Below the pieces are notes generated by a model. That model was given only the letters and a program-made list of their open reading frames with translations, ran no database searches and was not told the origin of the DNA. From positions 21-64,020 of the forward strand of contig CAKQRB010000021.1 in assembly GCA_934271195.1 (NCBI GenBank): DNA of 64,000 bases, read 5' to 3'. A program made the position numbers and the translations under genes. Shown in pieces: positions 44,010 through 53,457 of this stretch. Source of the DNA: an uncultured Alphaproteobacteria bacterium. GTDB lineage: Bacteria > Pseudomonadota > Alphaproteobacteria > RF32 > CAG-239. Each line of letters starts with the position of its first letter. Positions within the stretch are counted from its first letter, which is position 1.

Positions 44010-45590
44010 ATGGTCAAAATAGTACATTATGAAGTATATACCGATTCCGGAGACGGCTGGAAACTGGAAGAACGGTTTTCCAACGAGCAGCGGTACGAAG
44101 CCGTAAATCTGGCCAAAGAACAGGAACAAAACCATAAAAAAGTCAAAATCATCAAAGAATACTTTGATGTTCAGGACAATTCCTATCAGGAAACGGTTGA
44201 ATATGTCAGCGGCTTTTCCAACCGGAAAAATGTCAAGGGCGGCGCTTATTCCGAAATTTCCGGCGGTAGTGCAGGCAATAACAGTTCCGAAGGCGAAAAA
44301 AGTACAGGCGCCGCAAGGCGTGACAATGTTATGACCGCTATCATCAAGCTGCTGGCAATAATTATCTTATGTCTGGCTTTGGCCAATTTTCTGGTTACTT
44401 TGTTGACCCCGATTGTTGAAAGTTTTGCGCCGGAAGAAATAACCAACCCGATTTTGTTTGTCCTGTTTTTCTGCCTTTTTCTGGGAATTGCGCTGCCGCT
44501 GCTGCTGAAGAGAGTACCTTGGCATGTCTTTATTCCCCGTTCACCGCATAAGAAAAATCTGGATGAAAGAAAGTTTTATAACCGAGCCGATATCATTGCC
44601 AAATGTTATAATATGAATGATGAGTTTGATCCTCAGCTCGCGCCGGTCTATCCTGAAGCCCCGCTGGAGTTCAAACGCTATATTCTCAATTTTCTGAGTG
44701 ATGTGGTTTCTAACATCAATTCTGCCTCGGCCTTGCAGGACAGTTTTTCTCGTCTCGGCGTTAAACTGGTAATCTTCGGCGGTTGTTTTGAACTGGCGCG
44801 CTATAGCGGCCTTTCCCTGACTGAAGCCAATTCGCTGCTGTACGAGGCCTTTAAGATATTGGACGGCGATAAAACCGATTTAGAAGATTTCTACGAGGCC
44901 AAAAAGACCTATAAAGACAACCGTTATGCCGTATTCTTAACCGGTGTCGGTGCTTATCTGATGGGACAGGTAATTTGGGAAAAACCGCTTGACATCAATA
45001 TGTTAAAGCTGTCATTTGACAAATGGGAAGAACAAAACAGCCAGCTGGACAAGGTGAAAAGCCCAGATGAAGTCATTGAAAAAGAAGTGTCTTTTTCCTG
45101 TCTGGTCAACATTAAAAATTCAGTCGAATTTATTGATACGGCAATCCCCGGACTGGATCAGCAGAAAAATGACGTCAAAGCCGGCGTGCGCAATATAATC
45201 CGGAATCTGCTTGAAAAATATAAATCCATGAGTATTTCGGAAGAAGGTGAGATAACAAGGCTGACTTTCAACAAACTGAATCGTGCGGTTAAATTTGCCG
45301 TCGATTTTCTGAATGACGTTGCAATCTATGCCGACGATATTGCTGACGAGAACATGCTGTTTCATTGTTGCTGTACGATTATCGAGGACATTCGGAGTCA
45401 GGGAGACAGCATACAGAATTACATTGCCGATTTGTTTGACCAGACCTATGACTATGAAATCGTCACGACCGAAGCCATTAACAAATTTCGGGACGAACTT
45501 GATACAACCCGCTATAATTTTGACTTTTTGGGCGAAAAAACGCTTTCGCGCTCCCAAAAAACGGAATCTATTTATAAAATATTGTATTAA
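44010..45590 (+). CDS. Hypothetical protein with two central TM helices
   Basis: ORF 43974..45590. The earlier ATGs lie inside the rpmE terminator, so ATG 44010 is preferred. Confidence 0.55.
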   Translation: MVKIVHYEVYTDSGDGWKLEERFSNEQRYEAVNLAKEQEQNHKKVKIIKEYFDVQDNSYQETVEYVSGFSNRKNVKGGAYSEISGGSAGNNSSEGEKSTGAARRDNVMTAIIKLLAIIILCLALANFLVTLLTPIVESFAPEEITNPILFVLFFCLFLGIALPLLLKRVPWHVFIPRSPHKKNLDERKFYNRADIIAKCYNMNDEFDPQLAPVYPEAPLEFKRYILNFLSDVVSNINSASALQDSFSRLGVKLVIFGGCFELARYSGLSLTEANSLLYEAFKILDGDKTDLEDFYEAKKTYKDNRYAVFLTGVGAYLMGQVIWEKPLDINMLKLSFDKWEEQNSQLDKVKSPDEVIEKEVSFSCLVNIKNSVEFIDTAIPGLDQQKNDVKAGVRNIIRNLLEKYKSMSISEEGEITRLTFNKLNRAVKFAVDFLNDVAIYADDIADENMLFHCCCTIIEDIRSQGDSIQNYIADLFDQTYDYEIVTTEAINKFRDELDTTRYNFDFLGEKTLSRSQKTESIYKILY

Positions 45591-45669
45591 TGAGGGAAAA
45601 TTTCAAAAAAGGTTGAGATATTATAATTTTTATGCTACAATATAAAGTGTTTATTGAGGAGTATTAAAA

Positions 45670-46482
45670 ATGCAGATACCGTCGAGTTCATCAAATGTCA
45701 AGGATGGCATTGCTTATTGGGAGAAAGTCGCTGCGGATGTTAACGACGTTGACGAGAAGTTTTCCAATGCCCGTGATTTAGGTTATCTGCGTTTGAATTA
45801 TGCCCGCGTGACCTCAATCGCCCGCCTTTCCGAATATGACAAAGAAGATAATTACAAAATTCAGGTGCAGTCCAACGGCAAATTTTCGCTGGCCCTGCGC
45901 AATACCGAAGGCTCTGACGACAAGGTGCTGGATCTTTCCAAATATGACGAGACGCTTGACAAACTGAAACAACAGTTTGATCCAGAAGGCTATGCCAAGG
46001 AGCAGGAAGAAAAGAAAAAAGCCAAAGAAGATTTGCTGGCAACCATGGCTCCCGGAATGCAGGTGCAGGTTTATATGGTGAAAAACGGCAAAGAAGTTTT
46101 GGTTGCCGACAGTACGGCAGAAAAAGGCGATGGCCTGAGAACCAATTTTGATAATATGCTTTCCGGCGAATACAAGGCCAAAAAAGGCACCTATTATGTA
46201 AAAGTCAGCCGTGATGATACCGTTGATAAAGACGCCGAACTTCCTTATGCGTTGCAAATGAGAGTCGGTTCGTCGCACAAACATGAATATAGCTTTACCG
46301 AAACCGTTTCTTCCGATACCAAAAACAAAGAATATACCCGTATTCCGTCCACAACGTCGGCAAGCGGAACTTTGTCAAGTGTCAATGCCCTGCAAATACA
46401 GGCTTCACGCTATCAGGCAACGGCTCAGATGCTGCAAATCGGATATTTGAATGTGGCTAATATTTATAACAGCCGCAAATAA
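45670..46482 (+). CDS. Hypothetical protein
   Basis: 270-aa ORF with a GAGGAG RBS. No family recognised. Confidence 0.55.
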   Translation: MQIPSSSSNVKDGIAYWEKVAADVNDVDEKFSNARDLGYLRLNYARVTSIARLSEYDKEDNYKIQVQSNGKFSLALRNTEGSDDKVLDLSKYDETLDKLKQQFDPEGYAKEQEEKKKAKEDLLATMAPGMQVQVYMVKNGKEVLVADSTAEKGDGLRTNFDNMLSGEYKAKKGTYYVKVSRDDTVDKDAELPYALQMRVGSSHKHEYSFTETVSSDTKNKEYTRIPSTTSASGTLSSVNALQIQASRYQATAQMLQIGYLNVANIYNSRK

Positions 46483-46505
46483 AATTGCTTAGAGCTTGTA
46501 AAAGT

Positions 46506-46534
46506 GCCTCAGAAACAAATTCTGAGGCATTTTT
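46506..46534 (+). terminator. Intrinsic terminator
   Basis: GCCTCAGA-loop-TCTGAGGC followed by ATTTTT. Confidence 0.75.
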
Positions 46535-46628
46535 AATAAAAGTCTTGTATAAATGTAAAATATCTTCTATTTTAGCAGTAATTATTTTAATGCAAAATTT
46601 TAAAGGAAGTTAAGAAAGGATATAAAAA

Positions 46629-47168
46629 ATGACAGCTCCATTGATGCCGAGAGCAACCGCTGTATGGTTGGTAGAAAATACAACTCTGACATTTCGCCAG
46701 ATTGCCGACTTTTGTGAACTGCACGAGTTGGAAATTCAGGCAATTGCCGATGGCGATGTTTCTGGAAACATTATGGGAATTAACCCGATTGACAATGGCC
46801 AGTTGACTTTGGATGAAATCCAACGTTGCGAAGCAGACAGCAAAGCCCGTCTGGAAGCCTGTTATATTGAACGCAATGTCAAATTGAAAAATGCAAAAGC
46901 CAAAAAGATTCTGTCTCCGACTCAAAGAGGCGATAAACCAAATGCAATTTTGTGGATTGTCAAGAATTGTCCGGAACTCAAAGATACCCAGATTTGCAAG
47001 TTGATTGGCACAACCAAGCCGACAATTGAATCTATTCGTGAAGGCACACACCGCGATATGCTGAACCTGCGCCCGAAAAATCCGGTAACCGTAGGGTTGT
47101 GTTCGGAAAAAGATTTGGAAAATGCCGTAGCCATAGCCAAGGCAAAAGCTTCGAAAGAAAAGAAATAA
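46629..47168 (+). CDS. DUF1013 (TrcR-like) protein, an alphaproteobacterial signature
   Basis: MTAPLMPRATAVWLVENTTLTFRQIADFC.LHELE is characteristic of DUF1013. Confidence 0.75.
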   Translation: MTAPLMPRATAVWLVENTTLTFRQIADFCELHELEIQAIADGDVSGNIMGINPIDNGQLTLDEIQRCEADSKARLEACYIERNVKLKNAKAKKILSPTQRGDKPNAILWIVKNCPELKDTQICKLIGTTKPTIESIREGTHRDMLNLRPKNPVTVGLCSEKDLENAVAIAKAKASKEKK

Positions 47169-47187
47169 TCTTTGTTAAGAAAAACAA

Positions 47188-47215
47188 AAGCCGGAAATGT
47201 CCGGCTTTTTGTTTG
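47188..47215 (+). terminator. Intrinsic terminator
   Basis: AAGCCGG-AAATGT-CCGGCTT followed by TTTGTTT. Confidence 0.75.
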
Positions 47216-47280
47216 CGTGAAAATCCGCTTGCAAATCTTGACTTTTTTAAGCGCCGCCGATGTTCGTCCTTTGGGTCATA

Positions 47281-47449
47281 TAAAAGTAAAAAAGAAGAAT
47301 AACCAACTCTATGAAAAAAACAAAAGCCTAAAATAAAAAAAGAGAATGATAGTGGATATGAGGACGGAAAAAGGGCGGAGTGAGGAAAGAGAGCGGAACA
47401 AGGAAGCTGGAAAAGAAAGTGATGGCGAGAGGGGAATTTTTCCCCTCTT
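47281..47449 (+). repeat. Polypurine intergenic element, copy 3 (shorter)
   Basis: AAAAGTAAAAAAGAAGAATAACCAACTC... and GGGCGGAGTGAGGAAAGAGAGCGGAACAAGGAAG match boxes 1 and 2. Ends in the hairpin AGAGGGGA-ATTTT-TCCCCTCT, which abuts the elbB stop. Confidence 0.7.
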
Positions 47450-48133
47450 TCATGATATCAGCTCAACCATTGCGTCCACCAGATTCCGTGTCCCTCGCGC
47501 AATTTCACGAATTGATTTCGCCAGCATATAACACGGGGTTGTCACAATCTTGTTTTCTTCATCTACGCAAACGTCTGTTGCGCCACAGTCTTCATGTGCC
47601 GCACCCATTTGACGGATTCCGAGGGCAACGGTTTCTTCGTGTCCAATGGTAACTTTAATTTTGTTTTGTCCCAAAACTCTGGCAATCACCACCGGCGCAA
47701 TACACATCGCTCCGATGACGATTCCTTGTCTGTGACTTTCTTCTAGAACACGTTTTACTTCTTCGTTTACGTCGCATTTCGCGCCTTTGGCAGCAAAATC
47801 AGACAGATTCATCGCCGCCCCAAAACCGCCGGGGAAGACAACGGCGTCAAAATCCTGCGCTCTGAATTCTGACAAATCCAAAATATTGCCGCGGGCAATA
47901 CGGGCAGATTCCGCCAGTACGTTGCGGTTGTCGTCATCACCGGCAATAGCGGTGGACTGGCCGGTAAAATGGTCAATAGTCTTGGCCTGCCAAGTATTGG
48001 GGGCAAAGCATTGGTAAGAACATCCGGCTTCGTCAATAGCCAGCAGGGTACATACTGCCTCATGAATTTCTGAACCGTCAAAAACGCCGCATCCGGACAA
48101 GACAACTGCAAATTTGGGAGCTTCCATCATCAT
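47450..48133 (-). CDS. elbB: DJ-1/PfpI-family protein ElbB
   Basis: KFAVVLSGCGVFDGSEIHEAV and MCIAP match the ElbB pattern. Confidence 0.8.
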   Translation of the reverse strand: MMMEAPKFAVVLSGCGVFDGSEIHEAVCTLLAIDEAGCSYQCFAPNTWQAKTIDHFTGQSTAIAGDDDNRNVLAESARIARGNILDLSEFRAQDFDAVVFPGGFGAAMNLSDFAAKGAKCDVNEEVKRVLEESHRQGIVIGAMCIAPVVIARVLGQNKIKVTIGHEETVALGIRQMGAAHEDCGATDVCVDEENKIVTTPCYMLAKSIREIARGTRNLVDAMVELIS

Positions 48134-48244
48134 TAAATCCTTTCTAAATAAAAAAATCTTGTTTATAATACTAAATAAGATTCATAAATTAAACAACAAG
48201 TAATTATACTAAAGCAAATAATAAAGACTTATTAGGATTTTTAT

Positions 48245-49513
48245 ATGAAGTATAGATTGACTACTCTGGAAAACGGTATCCGTGTTATAACCTCGGAACG
48301 TCCGGAAATAGAAAGCGTTTCCCTAGGCGTATGGGTAAAAACCGGATCAGCTTATGAGGATGAAAAGGTAAACGGTATCTCTCACTTTTTGGAGCACATG
48401 GTGTTTAAGGGTAGTGCCAAGCGTAATCTGGTGCAGATTTCCGAAGACATTGAAAATGTCGGCGGTCAGATAAACGCCTATACCTCGCGTGAATTTACGT
48501 CATTTTATGCCAAAATGCTTAAAAACGATGCCGAACTGGCGGTAGACGTTATTGGCGATTTTTTGATGAACCCGACTTTCCCTGAAGATGAACTGGTAAA
48601 AGAGCGGGAAGTCGTCGTGCAGGAAATCAAGCAAAGCATTGATACGCCGGATGACATTATTTTTGACCATCTGCAAAGTGCGGCTTTTCCCGATCAGGCC
48701 ATCGGCCGGACGATTCTGGGACCGACGGAAAAAGTCCGTTCTTTTACGGCAGATACGCTGCGCCGCTATATGCAAACCAATTACGGCGGTGAAAATATTG
48801 TTATCGGTGCAGTTGGCAAAATCAATCATGACGCTTTTGTCAGAATGGTTAGCCAACGTTTTTCCGGCATGCAAAAAAATGTTTCTTTCACGCCGTCTTC
48901 CCAAAATTACGTTGGCGGGTTTTCTGCCGAAATCCGCGATATTGAACAGGCTCATGTTATTCTTGGTTTCAAGACCTTTCCTTATTATGACAAACATTAC
49001 TATCCCTGTATGTTACTGTCCAACATTCTGGGCGGCGGCACGTCGTCACGCCTGTTTCAGGAAGTGAGGGAAAAACGCGGGCTGGTTTATACGGTTTACA
49101 GTTTTGCCAATTCTCATACCAAAAACGGGCTGCTGGGTATTTATGCCGGTACCGGTCAGGCAGAACTTCCTCAACTTCTGCCTGTTGTGTGTGACGAAAT
49201 CCAAAAAGTCTGCAATGATTTAGTGGATATTAAGGAACTTAACCGCGCCAAAACCCAAATGCGGGCAGGAATGCTCATGGCTTTGGAAAGCTCAACATCT
49301 GTGGCTGAAATTCTGGCGCGACAGATTCTAATCTACGGACGGGTTCTGAGCATAAGCGAAATGATAGATATGATAGATTCCGTAACGGTTGATGACATTC
49401 GCGATACCGCCGGCAGAATCTTTTCTTCCGTTCCGTGTTATAATCTGGTGGGCGCGATAGAGAATAAAGACGCGCCGTCTTATGAAGACATTAAAGCCGT
49501 TTTGGCGAGGTAG
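48245..49513 (+). CDS. M16-family zinc peptidase
   Basis: HxxEH motif in GISHFLEHMVFKG. Confidence 0.85.
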   Translation: MKYRLTTLENGIRVITSERPEIESVSLGVWVKTGSAYEDEKVNGISHFLEHMVFKGSAKRNLVQISEDIENVGGQINAYTSREFTSFYAKMLKNDAELAVDVIGDFLMNPTFPEDELVKEREVVVQEIKQSIDTPDDIIFDHLQSAAFPDQAIGRTILGPTEKVRSFTADTLRRYMQTNYGGENIVIGAVGKINHDAFVRMVSQRFSGMQKNVSFTPSSQNYVGGFSAEIRDIEQAHVILGFKTFPYYDKHYYPCMLLSNILGGGTSSRLFQEVREKRGLVYTVYSFANSHTKNGLLGIYAGTGQAELPQLLPVVCDEIQKVCNDLVDIKELNRAKTQMRAGMLMALESSTSVAEILARQILIYGRVLSISEMIDMIDSVTVDDIRDTAGRIFSSVPCYNLVGAIENKDAPSYEDIKAVLAR

Positions 49514-49515
49514 CC

Positions 49516-50436
49516 ATGGTTCGGTTGGTCTTGGCAGAACCGCGGGGATTTTGTGCCGGTGTCCGGCGGGCGATTTCTTTGGTGGAAGAAAGCCTTGAGC
49601 GTTTTGGTGCGCCGGTTTATGTCCGCCATGAAATTGTGCATAACAAATATGTTATTGCCGATTTGAAGCAAAAAGGCGCAGTATTTATTGATGAACTGGA
49701 AGAGGCGGACTTGTCCCGTCCGGTGATCTTTTCCGCTCACGGCGTTTCCGCTTCAGTTGTGGAACAGGCTGAAAGACTGGGGCTGAAATTTATTGACGCA
49801 ACTTGTCCGCTGGTTGGCAGGGTTCATTATCAGATTCGCAAAATGGCAGCCGCCGGCAAAAAAATCATTATCATCGGCAAAACCTCGCATCCGGAAATCA
49901 TCGGTACTCGCGGCCAAATTCCGGCTGATTATGAGGCCTGTATTATCGGCACGGCGGAAGAAGTTGATTCTCTGCCTTTTTCGTCAACGGATAAGATCGG
50001 TTTTGTGACCCAGACAACTCTTTCCGTAAATGATACCAAAGAAATCATCTCTCGTTTGAAGGCGCGCTTTCCGTCTTTGGAAGGTCCTAAACAAAATGAC
50101 ATCTGCTATGCCACCACCAATCGTCAGCAGGCTGTTGGAGAATTGTCGGCACAGTGCCCGACGGTGATAATCATCGGATCAAAAAATTCTTCCAATTCCC
50201 GCCAGTTGCGTGAAGTTGCTTTGAAAAGCGGCGCCAAGCAGGCTTTTTTGATTGATGATGCCGCGGAACTTGATTGGAACGCGCTGGATACAAAAAATCC
50301 GATAGGCGTGAGTGCCGGTGCTTCAGCTCCGGAATATCTGGTGGAAAATTTACTGGTTGAGTTTAAGCGTCATTATGGTATAATAGATACCAGCAGACTT
50401 GTAATTACAGAGGAAAAAGTAAATTTCAGGCACTGA
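49516..50436 (+). CDS. ispH: 4-hydroxy-3-methylbut-2-enyl diphosphate reductase
   Basis: LAEPRGFCAGVRRAI, SAHGV and ATCPLV are typical of IspH/LytB. Confidence 0.92.
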   Translation: MVRLVLAEPRGFCAGVRRAISLVEESLERFGAPVYVRHEIVHNKYVIADLKQKGAVFIDELEEADLSRPVIFSAHGVSASVVEQAERLGLKFIDATCPLVGRVHYQIRKMAAAGKKIIIIGKTSHPEIIGTRGQIPADYEACIIGTAEEVDSLPFSSTDKIGFVTQTTLSVNDTKEIISRLKARFPSLEGPKQNDICYATTNRQQAVGELSAQCPTVIIIGSKNSSNSRQLREVALKSGAKQAFLIDDAAELDWNALDTKNPIGVSAGASAPEYLVENLLVEFKRHYGIIDTSRLVITEEKVNFRH

Positions 50437-50460
50437 TTTGTGATAAAGGAGAGCAAGGCC

Positions 50461-51525
50461 ATGTCTCGTGCGGAAGATATCTTTCAGAAGCTGGTATACT
50501 TCGGCGAAGATGCTATTGATGATTTTATTATAAACTCCCAGACCGAGGAGTTGTTTCTTGACTTCAAACAAGCCGTTTCCGTCGGCAAAAACTTTACGAC
50601 TTTGCATCGTGACGACCGCAAAAATCTAGCCAAAGCGATATCCGGCTTTGGCAATTCCGAAGGCGGGGTGATCGTCTGGGGCGTGGAATGTTCGCGCGAT
50701 ATTGAAATTGGCGATGTTGCCCGTGCCAAAGTCAAGGTCAAAAATGTTTATCGCTTTTTGAGTTGGCTGGAAAACGCCATTTCCGGCTGTACCATTCCAA
50801 GCCATAATAAAGTCCGCAATCATATTATCAGCGCGGATGAAAACGGCGACGGTTTTATTGCGACTTATATTCCAAAAAGCGATATCGCTCCGCTGATGAC
50901 AACCACGGGCAACACCATTTACATCCGCTCGGGATCAAATAATGTTCCTGCGCCTTATTCCGTAATTGCAGGTATGTTCGGACGCCGCCCGCAGCCGAAT
51001 GTGGAGCTGATTTTTGCTGATAAAAGCCTTGAAGTGCTTGAAAATGCAGACGAAGATATGTTCTATCCGAACAGTATTGATAATCCGCCCGAACGTTATG
51101 TTAAAATCAGCTTTTCTTTGCAGTGTAATAATGACAGCAATGTCATTGCCCGCGAGATGTACTTGTCCTGCACAACCGGCAGTACCGGCGGAGAATATAA
51201 TAAAGTGCGATTTCTGAATTATAATCAGATGGATACGATTCCGGCCATCGAAGGGCAACTGAATCTGATAACGCGTCCGGAACTGCGCCTGCCGCCGCGC
51301 GGCGTGCTGAAATTTACCAATATCAATTTGATATTGTCGCCTTTTATTGAAGATGACTTTCTGCTGGACGGCGTGGCCGGAGCGGACGGAACCGCCCCCA
51401 AGAATTTCCGCCTTTACATTTCCAAAAATAAGTTGCGGTCATTTGTTGCAAAAGCCTTGCGCAATGAAGAAGAAAACAGTATTCTGATCAACGAATTTTT
51501 TGGCGAATTTTTACGTTGCGAGTAG
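50461..51525 (+). CDS. AlbA_2 (Schlafen-like divergent AAA) domain protein with an unknown C-terminal domain
   Basis: The N-terminus carries the SQTEELFLDFKQ and FGNSEGGVIVWGV motifs of PF04326-type proteins. ATG 50461 has an AAGGAGAG RBS. Confidence 0.55.
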   Translation: MSRAEDIFQKLVYFGEDAIDDFIINSQTEELFLDFKQAVSVGKNFTTLHRDDRKNLAKAISGFGNSEGGVIVWGVECSRDIEIGDVARAKVKVKNVYRFLSWLENAISGCTIPSHNKVRNHIISADENGDGFIATYIPKSDIAPLMTTTGNTIYIRSGSNNVPAPYSVIAGMFGRRPQPNVELIFADKSLEVLENADEDMFYPNSIDNPPERYVKISFSLQCNNDSNVIAREMYLSCTTGSTGGEYNKVRFLNYNQMDTIPAIEGQLNLITRPELRLPPRGVLKFTNINLILSPFIEDDFLLDGVAGADGTAPKNFRLYISKNKLRSFVAKALRNEEENSILINEFFGEFLRCE

Positions 51526-51528
51526 CTT

Positions 51529-51966
51529 ATGGCAATAATTGAAGTTTTTACTGACGGCGCCTGTTCGGGAAATCCAGGCCCCGGCGGCTGGGGCGTTATT
51601 CTGCGGTATCGCGGCACTGAGAAAGAGTTAAGCGGCGGCGCGCCCGAAACCACTAACAACCGCATGGAGCTGACGGCGGTGATAGAAGCGCTGAAAGCCT
51701 TAAAGCGCGAATGCGACGTCGTGCTTCATACTGACAGCCGCTATGTGATGGACGGCGTGCAGCAGTGGCTCCCGAACTGGAAGCAGAATGGCTGGCGGAC
51801 CAGTAATAAAAAATCGCCGGTTAAAAATGTCGACCTGTGGCAGGAACTCGATTCCTTGCTGCAAAAACACAATATCCGTTGGATTTGGGTCAAAGGCCAT
51901 AACGGGCACGAAGAGAATGAGAGGGTTGATAAGCTGGCGCGTGATTTTGCCAAATCTTTTTGTTGA
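51529..51966 (+). CDS. rnhA: Ribonuclease HI
   Basis: [26 protein letters not shown] and [14 protein letters not shown]. Confidence 0.92.
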   Translation: MAIIEVFTDGACSGNPGPGGWGVILRYRGTEKELSGGAPETTNNRMELTAVIEALKALKRECDVVLHTDSRYVMDGVQQWLPNWKQNGWRTSNKKSPVKNVDLWQELDSLLQKHNIRWIWVKGHNGHEENERVDKLARDFAKSFC

Positions 51967-52024
51967 ATGTCAGACAGAATCTGCTATAATACAATCAAAA
52001 CAAAGCTGTTGCGGAGATTGGACG

Positions 52025-52642
52025 ATGAGTGAAGAAGATGAATGGCAAAAGCAGATAAAAGAAGCGGAGGAACAAGCCGCCAAAATCGAACAAATGCGTC
52101 AAAATCTGCAAAATAGTGGAGACGAAAGAAATTTAAGGGTAGAAAAAGAAGTGCCGGTGTTTGGGGACGAAACCAAATATAAATTAACGGACAATACCGG
52201 CGCTTGTACCGAGATCCATATTAAAGACAGCGGAAAGGTCGAAGCCCGTGGCGAGCAGACCGAGCTGGCGGACAATGTGGAAAAGAACGAAAAAGTTCAG
52301 CCTAAAAACGCTCATCCGGAAGCGCAAAGCGACGTTCGCCGACAGGCATATCAGGCGATTGACGCATCGGTATTGACCGAAGCGGAAAAGACAGAGTTAA
52401 AACAACGGGTTGAGAATTATAACTTTGCTGAAGCCAAAGAAAAACCGGAAGAAATGGTCGAAAGCTTAAAAACGTCAGTCAGCCGGCAGGAAAATAAAAA
52501 ACAGGAAGACGCAGAAAAAATTCAGCAACATCGAGGCGTGAGCAATAAGAAAAAACAAGACGTGTCGAGAAATTCTGACCGTATGATAAACAAAAGTCTG
52601 ACGGCCGAAACGCTGAAAGATCTCGCCAATAAAGGAAGATAA
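52025..52642 (+). CDS. Acidic/charged coiled-coil hypothetical protein
   Basis: In ORF 51788..52642, only the part after ATG 52025 (GGAG RBS) is free of rnhA overlap. Confidence 0.5.
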   Translation: MSEEDEWQKQIKEAEEQAAKIEQMRQNLQNSGDERNLRVEKEVPVFGDETKYKLTDNTGACTEIHIKDSGKVEARGEQTELADNVEKNEKVQPKNAHPEAQSDVRRQAYQAIDASVLTEAEKTELKQRVENYNFAEAKEKPEEMVESLKTSVSRQENKKQEDAEKIQQHRGVSNKKKQDVSRNSDRMINKSLTAETLKDLANKGR

Positions 52643-52668
52643 GGCAAAAGTTTTTTCTTTTGCAAGCT

Positions 52669-53412
52669 TTATACGATGCTTTCCAGAGAATTGAACAACT
52701 CGCGGATGTCTTCTGGATTACATAAACGGTGATTGGAATTTTTCAGCATTTTCACCACCACCTGAGAACTGCGCAGGCATTTTGCAATATTCATCGCTTT
52801 ATTCGGATCAAGACAGTCGTCTTTCATTCCCTGCAGCAAATGCACCGGACAATCTATCGGGATTTCCCGCCCGAGCAGGCACATCTCCCGCGCTGTATCA
52901 AACATTTTTTTTGTAAAGATATAAGAAAAATCTTTGGTGGCAAATTCCAAACGTCCGGACTGTGTCATTGTCTGTTTTTGCTCCGGTGTAAAGACATATT
53001 GCTCCAAATCTTTGGTAAAATCAGGCGCTGCCGCCAGTCCGACAACTCCGCGGACTCTGTCCGGACGTTCCGCCGCCGCCAACAGGCTGAGCCAGCCGCC
53101 GATGGAAGATCCGACTAAAACAACCAACCCGTCAACCATCTCGTCAATAATCTCAAGAATTTGGGATTTCCAAACGGCCATGTCGGCTTCTTCATAACGC
53201 TCCGAGTCGGAACCATGGCCGGCCAGTTCATAACGGAAAAAGCCAATGCCGCGGGCGGCGCACCATTCTTTCACGCTTTCCGGCTTGCGTCCCCAGCAGT
53301 CAGAGAACAATCCGTGAATATAAATTACGCTAATTTTGTGGGTTGACAAAGATTTTGCTTGGCTATACTCAAATTTGGTTGTAAAGTTGGTTTTAAATTT
53401 GCGGTTTTGCAT
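52669..53412 (-). CDS. Alpha/beta hydrolase
   Basis: HG oxyanion region (YIHGLFS) and nucleophile elbow GSSIGG. Confidence 0.75.
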   Translation of the reverse strand: MQNRKFKTNFTTKFEYSQAKSLSTHKISVIYIHGLFSDCWGRKPESVKEWCAARGIGFFRYELAGHGSDSERYEEADMAVWKSQILEIIDEMVDGLVVLVGSSIGGWLSLLAAAERPDRVRGVVGLAAAPDFTKDLEQYVFTPEQKQTMTQSGRLEFATKDFSYIFTKKMFDTAREMCLLGREIPIDCPVHLLQGMKDDCLDPNKAMNIAKCLRSSQVVVKMLKNSNHRLCNPEDIRELFNSLESIV

Positions 53413-53457
53413 AATTACCTCAGTTTGAATAAATTTTGAAAGGATTGTAATTTAGAA

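Noticed and set aside
51788-52024. The N-terminal extension of ORF 51788..52642, which overlaps rnhA.
   Set aside because: It overlaps the well-supported rnhA frame. ATG 52025 has a GGAG RBS and starts the charged domain cleanly.
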